Origin: Chiloscyllium plagiosum
Lineage: Eukaryota
DNA length: 64,000 nucleotides
NCBI RefSeq assembly: GCF_004010195.1
Contig: NC_057719.1
Location: 15,806,844 to 15,870,843 of the forward strand
Reading direction: 5' to 3'
The position numbers were made by a program, and so were the translations under genes. Positions 62,918 to 64,000 of the stretch are shown in pieces (position 1 is the stretch's first letter; the number at the start of each line of letters is the position of its first letter). The notes below the pieces were generated by a model, which saw only the letters and a list, made by a program, of their open reading frames with translations, made no database searches and was not told where the DNA came from.

Positions 62918-63757
62918 TAAAGGTGGATAAATCCCCAGGACCTGATCAGGTGTACCCTAGAACTCTCTGGGTAGCTAGAGAAGTGATTGCTGGGCGTCTT
63001 GCTGAGATATTTGTAACATCGATAGTCACAGGTGAGGTGCCGGAAGACTGGAGGTTGGCTAATGTTGTGCCACTGTTTAAGAAGAGTGGTAAGAACAAGC
63101 CAGGGAACTATACACCAGTGAGCCTGACGTTGGTGGAGGGCAAGTTTTTGGAGGGAATCCTGAGGGACAGGATGTACATGTATTTGGAAAGGCAAGGACT
63201 GATTAGGTATAGTCAACATGGCTTTGTGCATGGGAAATCATGTCTCACAAACTTGATTGAGTTTTTGAAAAAGTAACAAAGAGGATTGATGAGGGCAGAG
63301 TGGTAGATGACATCTATATGGACTTCAAAAAGGCGTTCGACAAGGTTCCCCATGGGAGACTGGTTAGCAAGTTTAGATCTCATGGAATACAGGAGAACTC
63401 GCCATTTGGATACAGAACTGGCTCAAGGGTAAAAGACAGAGGGTGTTGGTGCGGGTTGTTTTCAGACTGGAGGCCTGTGACCAGTGGATTGCCACAAGGA
63501 TCGGTGCTGGGTCCTCTATTTTTTGTGATTTACATAAATGATTTGGATGCGAGCATAAGAGGTACAGTTAGTAAATTTGCAGATGACACCAAAATTGGAG
63601 ATGTAGTGGACAATGAAGAAGGTTAACTCAGATTACAACAGGATCTTGATCAGATGGGCCAGTAGGCCGAGAAGTGGCAGATGGAGTTTAATTCAGATAA
63701 ATGCGAGGTGCTGCATTTTGGGAAAGCAAATCTTAGCAGGACTTACACACTTAATGG
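62918..63757 (+). mobile_element. CR1 RT fragment
   Basis: KSPGPD, QHGFVHGKSCLTNL, PQGSVLGP, KFADDTK; a few frameshifts. Confidence 0.9.
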
Positions 63758-63759
63758 AA

Positions 63760-64000
63760 GGACATTTGTAAAGTTTGAATGGTGACCTGGTGAAACAAAT
63801 TAATGAACATTCGCATGCAGCTTCGACATCTAAGGTGGAAAGAGATACCGTCATTTCAAAGATAAAAGTACGAGCTGCTGAAACTGTAGAGGGAACTTTC
63901 CAAGTGATTAACGAGTGCCTAGAAAATTTGTCGGAAGCTTGCCAAGGAACGATGCCTAACAACAGAGCGCTGAAGAAAATGGTTAATAGGACAAGGAAAG
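63760..64000 (+). mobile_element. FLYWCH/MULE (Mutator-like, Phantom-type) transposase fragment, running off the window
   Basis: Open frame 63772-64000: SLNGDLVKQINEHSHAASTSKVERDTVISKIKVRAAETVEGTFQVINECLENLSEACQGTMPNNRALKKMVNRTRK. Confidence 0.6.

Noticed and set aside
62139..62930. Long + strand ORF
   Set aside because: Antisense shadow of the intact CR1 RT frame.
1..64000. CRISPR arrays, operons or prokaryotic defence systems
   Set aside because: The sequence is clearly vertebrate intronic DNA; no regularly spaced repeat-spacer array is present.

Overview
Vertebrate (elasmobranch/shark-type) genomic DNA, AT-rich and dominated by transposable elements, with four assembly gaps (1872-1888, 31091-31590, 60987-61064, 62619-62917). 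The window covers the 5' part of one large + strand gene. Eight GT-AG coding exons splice in phase into an uninterrupted 281-codon frame that I recognise as the N-terminus of CATSPERB, the sperm CatSper channel beta subunit; the gene continues past the window. Introns hold CR1/HER1 LINEs (some young, many nested), HE1-type tRNA SINEs, a decayed L1-clade LINE, a Rex1/Babar tail, two Gmr1-type Gypsy remnants (integrase upstream of RT, SCAN-like gag), two solo LTRs with 5-bp TSDs and many Penelope-like fragments. The Penelope termini carry minimal hammerhead-ribozyme motifs of at least three sequence families, often as very short TSD-flanked or fold-back inserts. Other oddities: two near-perfect inverted local copies of decayed CR1 sequence, a perfect 33-bp palindrome, an unexplained duplicated G-U-rich hairpin, and a FLYWCH/MULE-like transposase fragment at the right edge. 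All homology calls are from recalled sequence knowledge, not database searches; TE boundaries are approximate unless a TSD is given.
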